A stretch of DNA of 64,000 nucleotides from Lingula anatina. Taxonomy: Eukaryota; Animalia; Brachiopoda. The notes below the pieces were generated by a model, which worked only from the letters and a program-made list of their open reading frames with translations, searched no databases and was not told where the DNA came from. The stretch is from contig CM120644.1 in NCBI GenBank assembly GCA_051362555.1, forward strand, positions 3,604,954 through 3,668,953. Direction: 5' to 3'. Below are positions 62,641 through 64,000 of this stretch, piece after piece. Position 1 is the first letter of the stretch, and each line of letters starts with the position of its first letter. Position numbers and translations under genes: made by a program.

Positions 62641-63175
62641 TACATATATGTATATCACGATAACTTGTCATAAAATGTTTAGAGAACGTTATAATTTATT
62701 CAAATAAATCCATACTAATGAGCCGTGTGAGCAGTTGTTTATGGTAAACAGTGCGGGTTAGACCTTTACATAGCACAAAATGAATCCTCGCCAGATTTTT
62801 TTTCTTTGCAGTTTGACCAAGGCGTATCCTATCGAAAACCGTTGAGAAAATAAAAATCCATTGAGCCGTTCTCAGTGAATTTAGTCGACCGAGCTAATGC
62901 GCACTAACTCCACGGGGTGACTCGCTTAAAGAGACTGATATTTAAACACGCCTGCTCCTGAAGTTGAGTAGAATACGGAAAAGCTGATCATTATACGAGT
63001 ACGTTGGAATTAAGAGGTGTGTTTGTCTCCTAACGTGATTGTATTCAGCGAGAGTCCCCTTGGAGGTTGTGTGCAATTGCTATGTCAACATAACGCATTC
63101 TGAATGGTCCTTCAGTGTTCTAGTATTCAATGTTTTATAGTTTTCAATGTTTTCTGTAATTCTTTGGTCTACATA

Positions 63176-63350
63176 GGCTGCATTCAGGACAGCGGACTAA
63201 CTAGTCCGCGTGGCAAATATGGCGACGGACTAAAAAGCTTCCCGTCTAATCTGCTAATAGACACTGAACAGATTCCCCTTGGGGATATATTCAAGTGGGT
63301 CAGCCATATTTGACCCGTGGACTAGTTAGTCCGCTGTTCTGAATGCGGCC
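63176..63350. mobile_element. Palindromic MITE
   Basis: GGCTGCATTCAGGACAGCGGACTAACTAGTCC...GGACTAGTTAGTCCGCTGTTCTGAATGCGGCC, arms of ~50 bp. Confidence 0.75.
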
Positions 63351-63358
63351 ATAAAATA

Positions 63359-63676
63359 TCAGGCCTACCCAACTACCAGACGCGGCACCTACGGATCCTG
63401 AATAAACCGGTTTATCAGACCACACTACCCGTTTTCAAGGTGTGTGTCAGATCGCATTACGGAGTATCAGCCACTTCACCCATTTTGCCTGGCGCACGAT
63501 GTGATAGCGATAATCCTAAGCGATACCCGGATGACAGGTAAGCTTACAAAATTTGTGATGGGGTATGATACTCCGTAATGCGATCTGACACACACCTTGA
63601 AAACGGGTAGTGTGGTCTGATATACCGGTTTATTCTTTATCCGTAGGTGCCGCGTCTGGTAGTTGGGTAGGCCTGA
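63359..63676. mobile_element. Palindromic MITE with ~110-bp arms
   Basis: TCAGGCCTACCCAACTACCAGACGCGG...GGAGTATCA is inverse to TGATACTCC...GGTAGGCCTGA; ATA on both sides. Confidence 0.8.
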
Positions 63677-64000
63677 ATATGCAGGTGTAGGTAGGCGAAT
63701 GAGCTGAATTGAATTGATTAACAGCTAGCTTAATATCTTGTGGTTTGGACGCCCAAATAAGGATAACGTGACTTTTGCAACCACAATTTTACTCACTGGC
63801 CACACAAACCATGGAGATATGCACTGGCCGTAACAAGGTCAATTTATACCCACTCTTAATTAATAAGAAATTTCGTTTCCAGACAGTTGATTGGGTTTAA
63901 ACAGAGGCAACGTTTAGGTATTCTTGAAATTTTATATAAGTATATAAAGATAATTTAAAATTGACTATTCTTTCATAAGATATGTTATGATATATTTCAG

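Noticed and set aside
63980-64000. TTTCAG at the window edge as acceptor for the ATG exon at 58489
   Set aside because: No downstream sequence available to test; could be chance.

Overview
AT-rich, intron-containing eukaryotic DNA from an invertebrate; the repeat types suggest a mollusc or other lophotrochozoan (inference). The first 15 kb is nested transposons: an RTE LINE remnant, a decayed Tc1/mariner element plus its deletion-derived MITE, and a 10.5-kb element with 146-bp TIRs and a 6-bp TSD that contains a near-intact two-ORF LINE. That LINE's ORF1 has an unusual architecture: RNase H1-type hybrid-binding domain, coiled coil, SGNH esterase. Five spliced genes follow: SPATA48 (-) head-to-head with a DPY19L C-mannosyltransferase (+), an M6PR/ATG27-like receptor (-), and RPL37A (-) head-to-head with ZNF622 (+). 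RPL37A hosts two H/ACA snoRNA copies, one C/D snoRNA and a Helentron-type element; ZNF622 carries a 5'-truncated second copy of the LINE. Most notable: the HBD-esterase ORF1, six separate tandem duplications of exon-intron junctions, a double-guide C/D snoRNA, and a ~670-bp inverted duplication of a promoter plus ATG exon near the end of the window. Coordinates were read by eye and may be off by a few bases.
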